The notes beneath the pieces are model-generated. The model was not told the origin of the DNA. It saw only the letters and a program-made list of their open reading frames with translations, and did not search any database. Shown in pieces: positions 50,638 to 63,005 of a stretch of 64,000 nucleotides of DNA. Location: the NCBI GenBank assembly GCA_963740935.1, contig CAVUFX010000006.1, positions 982,554 to 1,046,553 on the forward strand, in the 5' to 3' direction. The position numbers and the translations under genes are program-made. The stretch is from an uncultured Actinomycetota bacterium. GTDB lineage: Bacteria > Actinomycetota > Actinomycetes > Propionibacteriales > Nocardioidaceae. Numbering within the stretch: position 1 is the first letter of the stretch; the number at the start of each line of letters is the position of its first letter.

Positions 50638-52038
50638 ATGGCTTCCTCGAAGGACAAGCGCGCGACCGCCCGACCGACCGCCCTGCTGCCCTGGACGCTG
50701 CTGCGGGCCGGGGGCCGCAACGGGCTGGCGGAGAGCGAGACCCGCGACCCCATCGGCCTGGCCGTCGCCGCGCTCAACCGGCTCGCCTCCTCCGAGATCC
50801 TCGACCAGCTCGGGCTGCGCAAGGCCAGCGAGCGCAGCGTCTACCGGGTGACCAGCGCGGGCTTCCGCACCGCCGGCACCGTGGGGCGCCAGTTCGCCCG
50901 GGCCGGCAAGGCCACCCGGGGCCAGCGGGTCCCGGCCGCCGCCTCCACCGGCCAGTTCGACCTCACCCCCGGCGAGGACGAGCAGATGATCGCCGACGTC
51001 GTCGCGGAGCTCGCCGAGGAGGTCGTCCGCCCGGCCGCCTCGGCGGCCAACGAGGAGTGCGCCGCCCCCGAGGACCTGCTCAAGGCCACGCTCGAGATCG
51101 GGCTGCCGATCCTGGGCGTGCCCGAGGAGCTCGGCGGCATCGCCACCGAGCGGTCGGCCGTGACCGGGGTGCTCGTCCACGAGGCCCTGGCCAAGGGCGA
51201 CATGGGCCTGGCCGTCGCGGCCCTGGCCCCCGGTGCCGTCGCCACCGCCATCTCGCTCTACGGCACCGACGAGCAGCAGGCGACCTACCTCCCGGCCTTC
51301 ACCGGCGACGAGGTCCCGGCCGCTGCGCTGGCGCTCGCCGAGCCCACCGCGCTCTACGACGCCCTGGCCCCCGCCACCACCGCCGAGCGCCGTGACGGCC
51401 GCATCGTCCTCAACGGCGTGAAGTCCGGCGTGGTCCGCGGCGCCGACGCCGAGCTGTTCGTGCTCAGCGCCAGCTTCGAGGGCGAGGCCCGGCTGTTCCT
51501 CGTCGAGTCCCGCGCCGCGGGCATCACCATCGAGTCCGACCCCTCGATGGGGCTGCGCGCCGCGAGCCTCTCGCGGCTGCTGCTCGACGACGTGGCGGTC
51601 GAGGAGATCGCGCTGCTGGGCGACGCCGCCGACCACACCGCCTGCGTCCGGTCCTCCCGGCTCGCCTGGTGCGCGCTGGCCGTCGGCACCGGTCAGGCCG
51701 TGCTCGACTACGTCACGCCCTACGTCAAGGAGCGCCAGGCCTTCGGCGAGCCGATCGCCCACCGCCAGTCGGTGGCGTTCATGGTGGCCAACATCGCCAT
51801 CGAGCTCCAGGGCATGCGCCTGGTCACCTGGCGCGCCGCCAGCCGCGTCGCCCGGGGCGAGGACGCCGCCCGCGAGATCGCGCTGGCCCGCCGGCTGTGC
51901 AGCGAGCACGGCATGCGCATCGGCCTCGACGGCGTGCAGCTGCTCGGGGGCCACGGCTTCGTCAAGGAGCACCCGGTCGAGCGGTGGTACCGCGACCTCC
52001 GGGCCATCGGCGTGATGGAGGGGGCGGTCCTGGTCTGA
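50638..52038 (+). CDS. Acyl-CoA dehydrogenase (FadE24-like)
   Basis: LALAEP, GLRAAS, RQAFGEPI, QLLGGHGFVKEHPVERWYRD. Confidence 0.9.
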   Translation: MASSKDKRATARPTALLPWTLLRAGGRNGLAESETRDPIGLAVAALNRLASSEILDQLGLRKASERSVYRVTSAGFRTAGTVGRQFARAGKATRGQRVPAAASTGQFDLTPGEDEQMIADVVAELAEEVVRPAASAANEECAAPEDLLKATLEIGLPILGVPEELGGIATERSAVTGVLVHEALAKGDMGLAVAALAPGAVATAISLYGTDEQQATYLPAFTGDEVPAAALALAEPTALYDALAPATTAERRDGRIVLNGVKSGVVRGADAELFVLSASFEGEARLFLVESRAAGITIESDPSMGLRAASLSRLLLDDVAVEEIALLGDAADHTACVRSSRLAWCALAVGTGQAVLDYVTPYVKERQAFGEPIAHRQSVAFMVANIAIELQGMRLVTWRAASRVARGEDAAREIALARRLCSEHGMRIGLDGVQLLGGHGFVKEHPVERWYRDLRAIGVMEGAVLV

Positions 52039-52108
52039 GGCCCCGGCCCACGACCTCGCCGCCACCCCACGCCCGCCCCGTTCACCCCGGACACCCCCAG
52101 GAGACACC

Positions 52109-53320
52109 GTGATCAACCTCGAGACCCCCAAGAAGGTCCGCCCGCTCGTCGACCAGGCCCACCAGGTCGCGATGAACATGCTGCGGCCGATCTCGCGCAA
52201 GTACGACGAGGGGGAGCACCAGTACCCCAAGGAGCTGGACATGCTGGCCGCGATGATCGACGGCATCAGCGAGTCCGGCGCCACGGGTGGCGCGGGTGCG
52301 GCCGGCGTACGACGCGACGAGAAGCCGGAGACGCAGGGCAACAGGAACGGCGCCAACCTGGCCTCGGTGCTCTCGGTCATGGAGATGTGCTGGGGCGACG
52401 TCGGGCTGCTGCTCTCGATGCCCCGCCAGGGCCTCGGCAACTCCGCCATCGCCTCGGTCGCCGACGACGAGCAGCAGGAGCGCTTCGCCGGCACCTGGGC
52501 CGCGATGGCGATCACCGAGCCGGGCGTCGGCTCGGACTCCGCCAGCATCACCACCACGGCGACCAAGGACGGCGACGAGTACGTCATCAACGGCGAGAAG
52601 ATCTACGTCACCTCCGGCGAGCGCGCCGACAGCGTGGTGGTGTGGGCGACCCTCGACAAGTCGATGGGCCGCGCGGCGATCAAGTCCTTCGTGGTCACCA
52701 AGGGCACCCCCGGCATGCGGGTGGAGCGGCTCGAGCACAAGCTCGGCATCCGCGCCTCCGACACCGCGGTGATCATCTTCGAGGACTGCCGCGTGCCGGC
52801 CGCCAACCTGCTCGGCTCGCCCGAGATCGACACCAAGCAGGGCTTCGCCGGTGCCATGGCGACCTTCGACAACACCCGGCCCCTGGTGGCCGCGATGGCC
52901 GTGGGCTGCGCCCGCGCCTCGCTCGACCTGACCCGCAGCATCCTGGCCGACGCCGGCGTCGAGGTCGACTACGACCGCCCGACCTGGCTGCAGCCCGCCG
53001 CTGCCGCGACGTTCCTCGCGCTCGAGGCCGAGTGGGAGGCGGCCTACCTGCTCACCCTGGAGTCGGCGTGGATGGCCGACAACCGCAAGCCCAACTCCAA
53101 GGAGGCCTCGATGGCCAAGGCGAAGGCCGGCCGGATGGGCTCCGAGGTCACGCTGCGCTGCGTCGAGCTCGCCGGCACGCTGGGCTACTCCGAGGCCGAG
53201 CTGCTGGAGAAGTGGGGCCGCGACTCCAAGATCCTCGACATCTTCGAGGGCACCCAGCAGATCCAGCAGCTGATCGTGGCCCGCCGCGTGCTCGGCCTCA
53301 CCTCCGCGCAGCTGAAGTAG
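52109..53320 (+). CDS. Acyl-CoA dehydrogenase (FadE23-like)
   Basis: AMAITEPGVGSD, KLGIRASDT, RDSKILDIFEGTQQIQ. Confidence 0.92.
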   Translation: MINLETPKKVRPLVDQAHQVAMNMLRPISRKYDEGEHQYPKELDMLAAMIDGISESGATGGAGAAGVRRDEKPETQGNRNGANLASVLSVMEMCWGDVGLLLSMPRQGLGNSAIASVADDEQQERFAGTWAAMAITEPGVGSDSASITTTATKDGDEYVINGEKIYVTSGERADSVVVWATLDKSMGRAAIKSFVVTKGTPGMRVERLEHKLGIRASDTAVIIFEDCRVPAANLLGSPEIDTKQGFAGAMATFDNTRPLVAAMAVGCARASLDLTRSILADAGVEVDYDRPTWLQPAAAATFLALEAEWEAAYLLTLESAWMADNRKPNSKEASMAKAKAGRMGSEVTLRCVELAGTLGYSEAELLEKWGRDSKILDIFEGTQQIQQLIVARRVLGLTSAQLK

Positions 53321-53355
53321 CGTCCGGCGCGGCCGCGACGGGGAACGGGGGCGGC

Positions 53356-53976
53356 ATGAAGCTCTACGCCGACCTCCCGCTCCGTCGCGCCCGTCAGGTC
53401 GTGGGCGACCTGCTCGTCCTCGTCTGGGTCTGGGTGTGGGTCCAGGTGGCCGGCTCGGTGCGCGACGCCACCCTGGAGCTGGCCGGCCCGGGACGCCGCA
53501 TCGACGCCTCCGCCACCGACCTGGCCGGGCGGCTGCGCGACGCCGGCGACACCGTGTCCGGCATCCCGCTGGTCGGTGACGACGTGCGCAGCCCCTTCGA
53601 CGGCGCCGGCGGGGCGGCCGAGGGCATCGCGGGCGCGGGCCGCGACCAGGTGGCGGCCGTGGAGTCGCTGGCCCAGTGGCTGATGATCACCGTGGCCGTC
53701 GTACCGATCGTGCTGGTGCTGCTGCTGTGGCTGCCCGGACGCGTCCGGTTCGTACGCCGCGCCACCGCCGGCCGGCGCTTCCTCGACGCCCACGCCGACC
53801 TCGACCTGTTCGCGCTGCGCGCGATGGCCCACCAGCCGCTGCACGTGCTGGCGCGGGTCGACGACGACCCCGCCGGGGCGTGGCGCCGCGGGGACGCCGA
53901 GGTCGTCGACCGGCTGGCCCGGCTCGAGCTGCGCGCCGTGGGCCTGCGGGCCCCGGACCGAGGAGTGGCAGGCTGA
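53356..53976 (+). CDS. Hypothetical membrane protein
   Basis: MKLYAD...two hydrophobic segments; contained in-frame in track ORF 52387-53976. Confidence 0.75.
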   Translation: MKLYADLPLRRARQVVGDLLVLVWVWVWVQVAGSVRDATLELAGPGRRIDASATDLAGRLRDAGDTVSGIPLVGDDVRSPFDGAGGAAEGIAGAGRDQVAAVESLAQWLMITVAVVPIVLVLLLWLPGRVRFVRRATAGRRFLDAHADLDLFALRAMAHQPLHVLARVDDDPAGAWRRGDAEVVDRLARLELRAVGLRAPDRGVAG

Positions 53977-53980
53977 CGGC

Positions 53981-55306
53981 GTGACCGACGCCACCACCGC
54001 CCCCCAGGAGCGAACCGACCTCATCGTCTCGGTGTTCAAGGCCGCCTTCTCGCCGCTGATGAAGGCCGACCCGCACGCCTTCCGCACCAAGTACCGCAAG
54101 ATGGCGGCGAGCCCGCACGCCTTCTACCGCGGCTCCGCGTGCCTGTTCTACGCCGACATGACCGAGGCGGCCGACGAGTGGGTCGACGAGCGCACCGGCG
54201 CGATCTGGATCCACGGCGACCTGCACGTCGAGAACTTCGGCACCTACCTCAACTCCGACGGTCGGCTGGTCTTCGACATCAACGACTTCGACGAGGCCTA
54301 CATCGGTCACTTCACGTGGGACCTGCGCCGCTTCGCCGCCAGCCTCGCGCTGCTGGCCTGGCAGAAGGCGCTGCCCGCCCAGGACGTCGAGGCGCTGGTA
54401 CGCCGCTACCTGCGCGGCTACCTGGCCCAGGTCGACCACTACGCCTCCACCTCCGACGACGAGGACTTCGCGCTGCACCTCGCCAACACCGAGGGGCCGA
54501 TCCTCGAGGCGCTGCTCCGCGCCCGCGCGATCCGCCGCGCCGACCTCCTCGACGGGATGACCCACGTCCAGGACGGCGTCCGGGTGTTCACCCCCGACAG
54601 CTCGGTGCGCACCCTGCCCCCGGCCGAGCGCCGGGCCGTGGAGGCGGCCTTCGAGGCCTACCTCGAGACGATCCCGGCGTCCAAGCGCTTCGACCGGGCG
54701 CTGTTCTACGACCTGCGCGACGCCGTCGGCAAGTCGGGCTTCGGCATCGGCTCGGCCGGCCTCCCGGCGTACAACCTGCTCGTGGAGGGCTACAGCCAGG
54801 CGCTGGACAACGACGTCGTGCTGTCGATGAAGCAGGCCAACGTGCCGGCGCTGAGCCGGTTCCAGGACTCGGCCACCATCGAGGGCTACTTCCGCCACGA
54901 GGGCCACCGCACCGTGGTCAGCCAGCGCGCGCTCCAGGTGCACACCGACCCGCTGCTCGGTCACACCGAGATCGGCGGCACCGGCTTCGTGGTCGCGGAG
55001 ATCTCGCCCTACGAGGTCGACCTGGACTGGGAGGAGATCACCGAGCCCGCCGACATGGCCGCCGTGGTGGAGCTGCTGGGCCGGGCCACCGCCAAGATCC
55101 ACTGCGCCTCCGACGAGGACAGCGACCAGGACCTCGTCGACTTCCAGGTCGAGCAGGCGATCAAGGCCTCGCTCGAGGGCCGACGGCGCGCGTTCGCCGA
55201 CCACCTCGTGGAGTTCTCCGTGGCGTACGCCGAGCGCGTCCGCGCCGACCACGCGCTGTTCGTCGACGCCTTCCGCAGCGGCCAGATCGGCGTCGCCGCG
55301 ACCTGA
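53981..55306 (+). CDS. DUF2252 family (kinase-like fold)
   Basis: FYRGSA, IHGDLHVENFG, FDINDFDEA, GIGSAG, MKQA. Confidence 0.88.
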   Translation: MTDATTAPQERTDLIVSVFKAAFSPLMKADPHAFRTKYRKMAASPHAFYRGSACLFYADMTEAADEWVDERTGAIWIHGDLHVENFGTYLNSDGRLVFDINDFDEAYIGHFTWDLRRFAASLALLAWQKALPAQDVEALVRRYLRGYLAQVDHYASTSDDEDFALHLANTEGPILEALLRARAIRRADLLDGMTHVQDGVRVFTPDSSVRTLPPAERRAVEAAFEAYLETIPASKRFDRALFYDLRDAVGKSGFGIGSAGLPAYNLLVEGYSQALDNDVVLSMKQANVPALSRFQDSATIEGYFRHEGHRTVVSQRALQVHTDPLLGHTEIGGTGFVVAEISPYEVDLDWEEITEPADMAAVVELLGRATAKIHCASDEDSDQDLVDFQVEQAIKASLEGRRRAFADHLVEFSVAYAERVRADHALFVDAFRSGQIGVAAT

Positions 55307-55312
55307 GCGGGT

Positions 55313-57906
<2,594 letters not shown>

Positions 57907-58012
57907 GACGACAGGGCCCGGCCTCGCCCTGCCCCCACCACACCCGTCGGCGTCCCGAGGGGGTGCCCGATTGGGTGGGCGGGCCCGGACCTTGCTAGTC
58001 TTCACGTCGCTC

Positions 58013-58097
58013 GTCCGGGTGGCGGAATAGGCAGACGCGCTAGCTTGAGGTGCTAGTCCCCGTATAGGGGGTGGGGGTTCAAGTCCCCCCTCGGACA
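58013..58097 (+). tRNA. tRNA-Leu(GAG)
   Basis: Acceptor stem GTCCGGG/CTCGGAC, D arm GGCGGAATAGGCAGACGC, anticodon loop TTGAGGT in CTAGC/GCTAG stem, long variable arm, GGTTCAAGTCC T-loop; CCA not encoded. Confidence 0.95.
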
Positions 58098-58102
58098 CAG
58101 CA

Positions 58103-58129
58103 GATGGGCCCCGCGGTGCGGGGCCCATC
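58103..58129 (+). terminator. Hairpin downstream of tRNA-Leu
   Basis: GATGGGCCCCGC-GGT-GCGGGGCCCATC perfect 12-bp stem. Confidence 0.8.
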
Positions 58130-58285
58130 GTCATTCCCTCGGCACTGGCGCGGTCGAGCAGTGCAGCTGGCCGAGAGGCCCCCCGCCCCGAGCCGGGCTA
58201 GCGGCATCCGGGCATCCCGGTGGCGTCGAGCTGATCGACTACGCTGGCTGCGACCCGGGGCCGTAGGACTCGAAGGGAGCCACGA

Positions 58286-59440
58286 TTGAGCGCCGAACAG
58301 TCACGGGCGCCGCTGGCAGCCGGAGCGAGACCGTCCTCGGTCGACGGCCTCGTGCTGCTCGGGCAGGTCGTCGAGGCCTCGGGCGACGCCATCTTCAGCG
58401 AGGACGTCGCCGGCCGCATCACCAGCTGGAACGCGGCGGCCGAGCGCACCTACGGGCGCGACGCCGCGAGCATGCTGGGGAGCTCGATCGAGCAGCACTT
58501 CCCGCCCGAGACGGCCGATCAGCTGCGCGAAGTTCACCAGGTCGCGGTCTCCGGTCGACGGGTCGAGCGGTACGACGCCTGGCACGTCCGGCCCGACGGT
58601 CGGCGGATCGCGGTCTCGTTGACCGCCTCCCCACTGCTTGACGATCGCGGGGTGGTCGTCGGGGTGGCCACGACGGCGCAGGACGTCACCGAGCGTGTGG
58701 AGCTGGCGGCCGAGCTGGAGCGGCTCCGCCTCCTCGTCGAGGAGCAGAACCTCGCGCTGACCCGGTCCAACCGAGACCTGGAGCAGTTTGCCTTCGTCGC
58801 CTCCCACGACCTCTCCGAGCCGCTGCGGGCGATGTCGGGGTTCGCCCAGCTGCTCGAGAAGAGGTACGCACCCGTTCTCGACGAGCGCGGGCAGGGGTAC
58901 CTCGACCACATCGTGGCGGGAGCGACGCGCATGCGAGCCCTGATCGAGGACCTGCTCGAGTACTCACGGTTCGTGGTCATCGACTCACCTGCGACCCGCG
59001 TCGACGTCGGCGCCGTGGCCCGGGACGTCGTCGGCTCGCTCGGACTGACCGGTGTGCGGGTCGGCGACGTCCCTGACGTCTGGTTCGACAGGGGATCGGT
59101 GCAGGCCGTCCTGCAGAACCTGGTCAGCAACGGGGTGAAGTTCGCCCGGCCCGAGGTCCCGCCCGTCGTCGAGGTGACGGGCCGACTGACCGGTGGCCGG
59201 GTCCTGGTGTGCGTCGACGACAACGGCATCGGGATCCCGGTGGAGTACCGCGAACGGGTCTTCCGGATGTTCACCCGGCTGCACGTGCGCGAGGAGTACT
59301 CCGGGACCGGGATCGGCCTGGCGATCGTGCAACAGGTCGCGGAGCAGTCCGGAGGCACCGCGTGGATCGAGGACTCGCACCTGGGCGGCACCCGGGTCTG
59401 CGTCACCTTGCCAGCGCCGACGGAGAGGTCGTTGCCATGA
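58286..59440 (+). CDS. PAS sensor histidine kinase (Cph1-like HisKA)
   Basis: PAS (ITSWNAAAERTYG), LEQFAFVASHDLSEPLR, NLVSNGVKF, DNGIGI, GTGIGL; TTG start after GAAGGGAG. Confidence 0.9.
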   Translation: MSAEQSRAPLAAGARPSSVDGLVLLGQVVEASGDAIFSEDVAGRITSWNAAAERTYGRDAASMLGSSIEQHFPPETADQLREVHQVAVSGRRVERYDAWHVRPDGRRIAVSLTASPLLDDRGVVVGVATTAQDVTERVELAAELERLRLLVEEQNLALTRSNRDLEQFAFVASHDLSEPLRAMSGFAQLLEKRYAPVLDERGQGYLDHIVAGATRMRALIEDLLEYSRFVVIDSPATRVDVGAVARDVVGSLGLTGVRVGDVPDVWFDRGSVQAVLQNLVSNGVKFARPEVPPVVEVTGRLTGGRVLVCVDDNGIGIPVEYRERVFRMFTRLHVREEYSGTGIGLAIVQQVAEQSGGTAWIEDSHLGGTRVCVTLPAPTERSLP

Positions 59441-59865
59441 GCACCGCTGCCGAGCTGATGCAGATCCTCCTGGTCGAGGACAGCGTGGCCGACATCGAGA
59501 TGACCCTCGAGGCGCTGAACGACGCCAAGGTCGCCAACGAGGTGACCGTCGTGAGGGACGGGGCCAGCGCCCTGGAGCACCTGCGGGCCCACCGCCTGAC
59601 CCCGCCGGACCTGGTGATCCTGGACCTCAACCTCCCCCGGATGACCGGTCACGAGGTGCTCGCGGCGATGCAGGCCGACGAGGTGCTGCGGCGACTGCCC
59701 GTCGCCGTGCTGACGACGTCCTCCGCAGAGGCCGACGTGGTGCGCACCTACGACCTCGGTGCCAACTGCTTCCTGACCAAGCCGGTCGACCTCGAGCAGT
59801 TCGTCCATGTCGTGCAGTCCATCGACCACTTCTGGCTCGGCCTGGTCAGGCTCCCCAAGTCCTGA
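59437..59865 (+). CDS. Single-domain response regulator (Rcp1-like)
   Basis: ILLVEDS, LDLNLP, LTTSS, GANCFLTKP; ATGA overlap with the kinase. Confidence 0.93.
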   Translation: MSTAAELMQILLVEDSVADIEMTLEALNDAKVANEVTVVRDGASALEHLRAHRLTPPDLVILDLNLPRMTGHEVLAAMQADEVLRRLPVAVLTTSSAEADVVRTYDLGANCFLTKPVDLEQFVHVVQSIDHFWLGLVRLPKS

Positions 59866-59992
59866 CCCGACGAGCGCCCCCAAGATGGCACGCGCGCACT
59901 AGGACAAAACGTTCTGTTCTGCCTGTTCTGCCGGTTCCCCGTTGTTACGCTCGTGGTGCCCGCCAGCCCTAGGCAGATCGGTCTGATGACCC

Positions 59993-61246
59993 GTGTTGCT
60001 GACCGCACAAGCGCCACTGTGCTTCCTCGTCATCGAGGACTCGGCGAGCGACCTCGAGCTCACGGTGGCCATGCTCGCCGACGAGTTCCCCCTCAGTCAC
60101 GTCGGGGTGTCGCGCAGCCTCCGCGACGCGGCGCAGCTGCTGATCGAGAACACCTACGACCTGGTCCTGGCAGACCTGAGCCTGCCCGACGCCGACGGCT
60201 GCATGGTGGTGAAGACCGCGCGCTCGGCTGCCCCCGAGGCGGCCCTGGTCGTCGTCACGGGTCGCGACGACGAGAAGATGGCTCTCTGGGCGCTCTCGGA
60301 GGGAGCGCAGGACTACGTCGTCAAGGGCGAGCACAACAGCGCCCGGCTGGCCGCCACGCTGCTGCGGGCCCTGCAACGCAGTCGCGCCGAACGGTTGACC
60401 CAGGACCTGCTGGTCGAGGCCCTGAAGAACGAGAGCAAGAGCACAGCAAGGCTCCGCGAGCTGAACCGGGCGAAGGACGACTTCGTCGCCACCGCCAGCC
60501 ACGAGCTCCGTACGCCTCTGACCAGCATCAGCGGGTACGCCGAGATGCTGCAGGACGAGCCAGGACTCACCGGCACCCAGCGGGGCTTCGTCGACGCCAT
60601 CGCCCGGAACGCCGCGCGACTGCAGGCTCTGACCCACGACCTGCTCTTCGTGTCGGGGTCGGAGCCCCACGAGGTCCACACGGACATGGCGGAGGTCGAC
60701 CTGCGCCGCGTGGTCGGGGGTGCTCAGGAGGTGGCTGTCGCGCTGGCCTCCGGCATGGGCCTCGACCTCCGGTTCGAGGTCGCGGACGTCCCTGCTGCCG
60801 TCCTCGGCGACGCGAGCCAGCTCGAGCGCGTGGTGCTCAACCTGGTGAGCAACGCGATCAAGTTCAGCGAACGGGGTGGCACCGTCGAGTGCACGCTGCG
60901 GGTCGACCCGGGTCAGGTCCTGCTCGAGGTCAGGGACACCGGGGTCGGGATCCCGCCCGACGAGAGGGAGGCGCTGTTCGAGCGGTACTTCCGTGGGGCG
61001 GTGGCCCAGCAGCGGGCCGTCCAAGGGGCCGGCCTGGGGCTGCACATCGTGGCCACGATCGTGGCGCGCCACGGCGGACGGGTCGAGGTCGAGTCGACCG
61101 TGGGGGAGGGGACGACCTTCAGGGTCATCCTCCCCGACTTGTCGTCCGCAGGTCGGGCGCAGGTCGCGGTCCCGGCTCACCCCGAGCCGTCCACCCGCGC
61201 CGCCGCGACCCACGGACGTCGCCGGCGAGGTGCGACGACTCCGTGA
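59993..61246 (+). CDS. Receiver + histidine kinase hybrid
   Basis: IEDS, LADLSLPD, GAQDYVVK; SHELRTPL, NLVSNAIKFS, DTGVGI, GAGLGL. Confidence 0.9.
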   Translation: MLLTAQAPLCFLVIEDSASDLELTVAMLADEFPLSHVGVSRSLRDAAQLLIENTYDLVLADLSLPDADGCMVVKTARSAAPEAALVVVTGRDDEKMALWALSEGAQDYVVKGEHNSARLAATLLRALQRSRAERLTQDLLVEALKNESKSTARLRELNRAKDDFVATASHELRTPLTSISGYAEMLQDEPGLTGTQRGFVDAIARNAARLQALTHDLLFVSGSEPHEVHTDMAEVDLRRVVGGAQEVAVALASGMGLDLRFEVADVPAAVLGDASQLERVVLNLVSNAIKFSERGGTVECTLRVDPGQVLLEVRDTGVGIPPDEREALFERYFRGAVAQQRAVQGAGLGLHIVATIVARHGGRVEVESTVGEGTTFRVILPDLSSAGRAQVAVPAHPEPSTRAAATHGRRRRGATTP

Positions 61247-61268
61247 CGGTGTGGCACAGGAGGGCGCG

Positions 61269-62234
61269 GTGTCGTCCCTCTCCTACCCGGCCGATCGCCG
61301 CTCCCACCGGGTCGTGGCCCAGGACGTGCAGGACACCCGCGAGATCGTGGAGCACCTGCACACAGCCCTCGCCCTGGACGACCCCAGCGTGTTCGTCGAC
61401 CACGTGACGTGGCGACGCGACGTGCTGCGCGCACGCGGCGAGGACACGGCATCCCTGGCCGGGCGCCTGGCCGCGGTCCGGGACGAGCTCGCGGGCGAGG
61501 TGTCGCCCCGGACCGAGCAGCTGCTCGACCGCTACGTCCAGACGGCCCTCGCGGCTCTCGAGGTCGCCGCTGCAACGACGAGGAGGACGGACACGCACCT
61601 CTCACGGGAGGGCAGTCAGTTCCTGGAAGCCATCGTCGACGGTCGCCGGGAGGCGGCCCTGGGCGTGGTACTCGAGGCGCTGGCACGCTCCGACGGCGCA
61701 CGGGACGTCTACGTCGACGTCGTCCAGGGCGCCCTTCGCGAAGTGGGTCTCCGCTGGGAGCGCAACGAGCTGACCGTCGCCGACGAGCACCTCGCCACCG
61801 TCACCGCACGGTTCGTCGTCAGCGTCCTCAACCGCGAGCTGGCCCGGTCCCGACCCCACGGTGGCGTCGCGATCGTCACCGGCGTCCGGGGTGACACGCA
61901 CGACCTCGGTGGACAGGTCGTGGCGAACGTGCTCGAGCAGCACGGCTGGGACGCGCGCTTCATCGGCACCGACCTGCCCCACCAGGCGATCGTCGCTGCG
62001 ATCAAGCGCAGCCGGGCCGACCTCGTGGCCATCTCCGTCACCCTGGTCGGCAGGCTCGCCGATGCACGCGACCTGATCGCCGACGTCCGACGCGACGTCG
62101 AACACCCCGTGCAGATCATCGTCGGCGGAGCTGCGTTCACCGACAGGGCCGACCTGTGGCAGGCCCTGGGAGCCGACGGCTACGGTGCCGACGTCAACGC
62201 CCTGACGTCGATCGCCGCACCCAGCTACGCCTAG
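61269..62234 (+). CDS. Stand-alone cobalamin-binding protein with N-terminal helical (globin/phycobiliprotein-like?) domain
   Basis: W-x9-EH (WERNELTVADEH, 61755-61790), D-x-H-x-x-G (DTHDLG, 61893-61910), Rossmann tail ISVTL..GGAAF; AGGAGG RBS before GTG. Confidence 0.85.
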   Translation: MSSLSYPADRRSHRVVAQDVQDTREIVEHLHTALALDDPSVFVDHVTWRRDVLRARGEDTASLAGRLAAVRDELAGEVSPRTEQLLDRYVQTALAALEVAAATTRRTDTHLSREGSQFLEAIVDGRREAALGVVLEALARSDGARDVYVDVVQGALREVGLRWERNELTVADEHLATVTARFVVSVLNRELARSRPHGGVAIVTGVRGDTHDLGGQVVANVLEQHGWDARFIGTDLPHQAIVAAIKRSRADLVAISVTLVGRLADARDLIADVRRDVEHPVQIIVGGAAFTDRADLWQALGADGYGADVNALTSIAAPSYA

Positions 62235-62339
62235 GCCCGGGGCGGGGCACCGCCCGCGACCGTGTCACCGGGGCGTCGCGTCCGCCGGAGCCGTTCGGTG
62301 CGCTAGTTTCGCGGACCGGCACGGACTCGGAGGCACCGC

Positions 62340-63005
62340 ATGCGCAGGACCCCGGCAGCACCCGCCCTGATCCTCCTCGCCCTGCTCGTCGGCGCGACCG
62401 GCTGCGGGGGCGGGTCCCCGGAGGCCGAGGGCACCAGCTCGCCCAACGCCTCGAGCAGCAGCTCGGCGTCGAGCTCGGCGTCGGCGTCCCCGTCCGAGTC
62501 CCCGTCCGAGCCGGCCGGGTCCGCGTCCCCGTCGGCGCCCGCGAGCAGCCCTGCCGGCCAGCCGTTCCCGGCCGACCTCCGGCCCGACGACGGCGGCCCG
62601 GGGAAGGGCAACGGTCTCGGCGTGACCGACGTGCGCGTCGGGCGCAACCCCGGGTTCGACCGGGTCGTGTTCGACCTCGGCGGCACCGGCACGCCCGGCT
62701 GGCGGGTGTCGTACGTCGCCCGGCCGGTGCAGGAGGGCTCCGGCGACCCGGTGCGGCTCCGCGGCTCGGCGTACCTCCAGGTCGACCTGCGCGCCATGGG
62801 CATGCCCGTCGACACCGGGGTCCCGCCGTTCGGCGACAGCACCACGCGCATCCGGGGGGCCGGCGGGATCGCGGAGGTCGCACCCGGCGCGGTCTTCGAG
62901 GGCCAGCAGCAGGCCTTCATCGGGATCACCGGAGGCCGGCGACCGTTCCGCGCCTTCGCGCTGAAGGACCCGACCCGCGTCGTGGTGGACGTCCGCACCG
63001 ACTGA
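62340..63005 (+). CDS. AMIN-like domain lipoprotein
   Basis: Lipobox ATGC, Ser/Pro/Ala stalk, FDRVVFDL..PGWRVSY..GSGDPV, FEGQQQAFIG, PTRVVVDV. Confidence 0.8.
   Translation: MRRTPAAPALILLALLVGATGCGGGSPEAEGTSSPNASSSSSASSSASASPSESPSEPAGSASPSAPASSPAGQPFPADLRPDDGGPGKGNGLGVTDVRVGRNPGFDRVVFDLGGTGTPGWRVSYVARPVQEGSGDPVRLRGSAYLQVDLRAMGMPVDTGVPPFGDSTTRIRGAGGIAEVAPGAVFEGQQQAFIGITGGRRPFRAFALKDPTRVVVDVRTD

Noticed and set aside
48408-51395. 995-aa kinase fusion
   Set aside because: The kinase ends at 49992 once T49846 is removed; the extension is antisense to def and out of frame over the acyl-CoA dehydrogenase.
58070-62340. attL/attR direct repeat of the tRNA-Leu 3' end bounding the signalling cassette
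   Set aside because: No second copy of TTCAAGTCCCCCCTCGGAC found downstream within the window.
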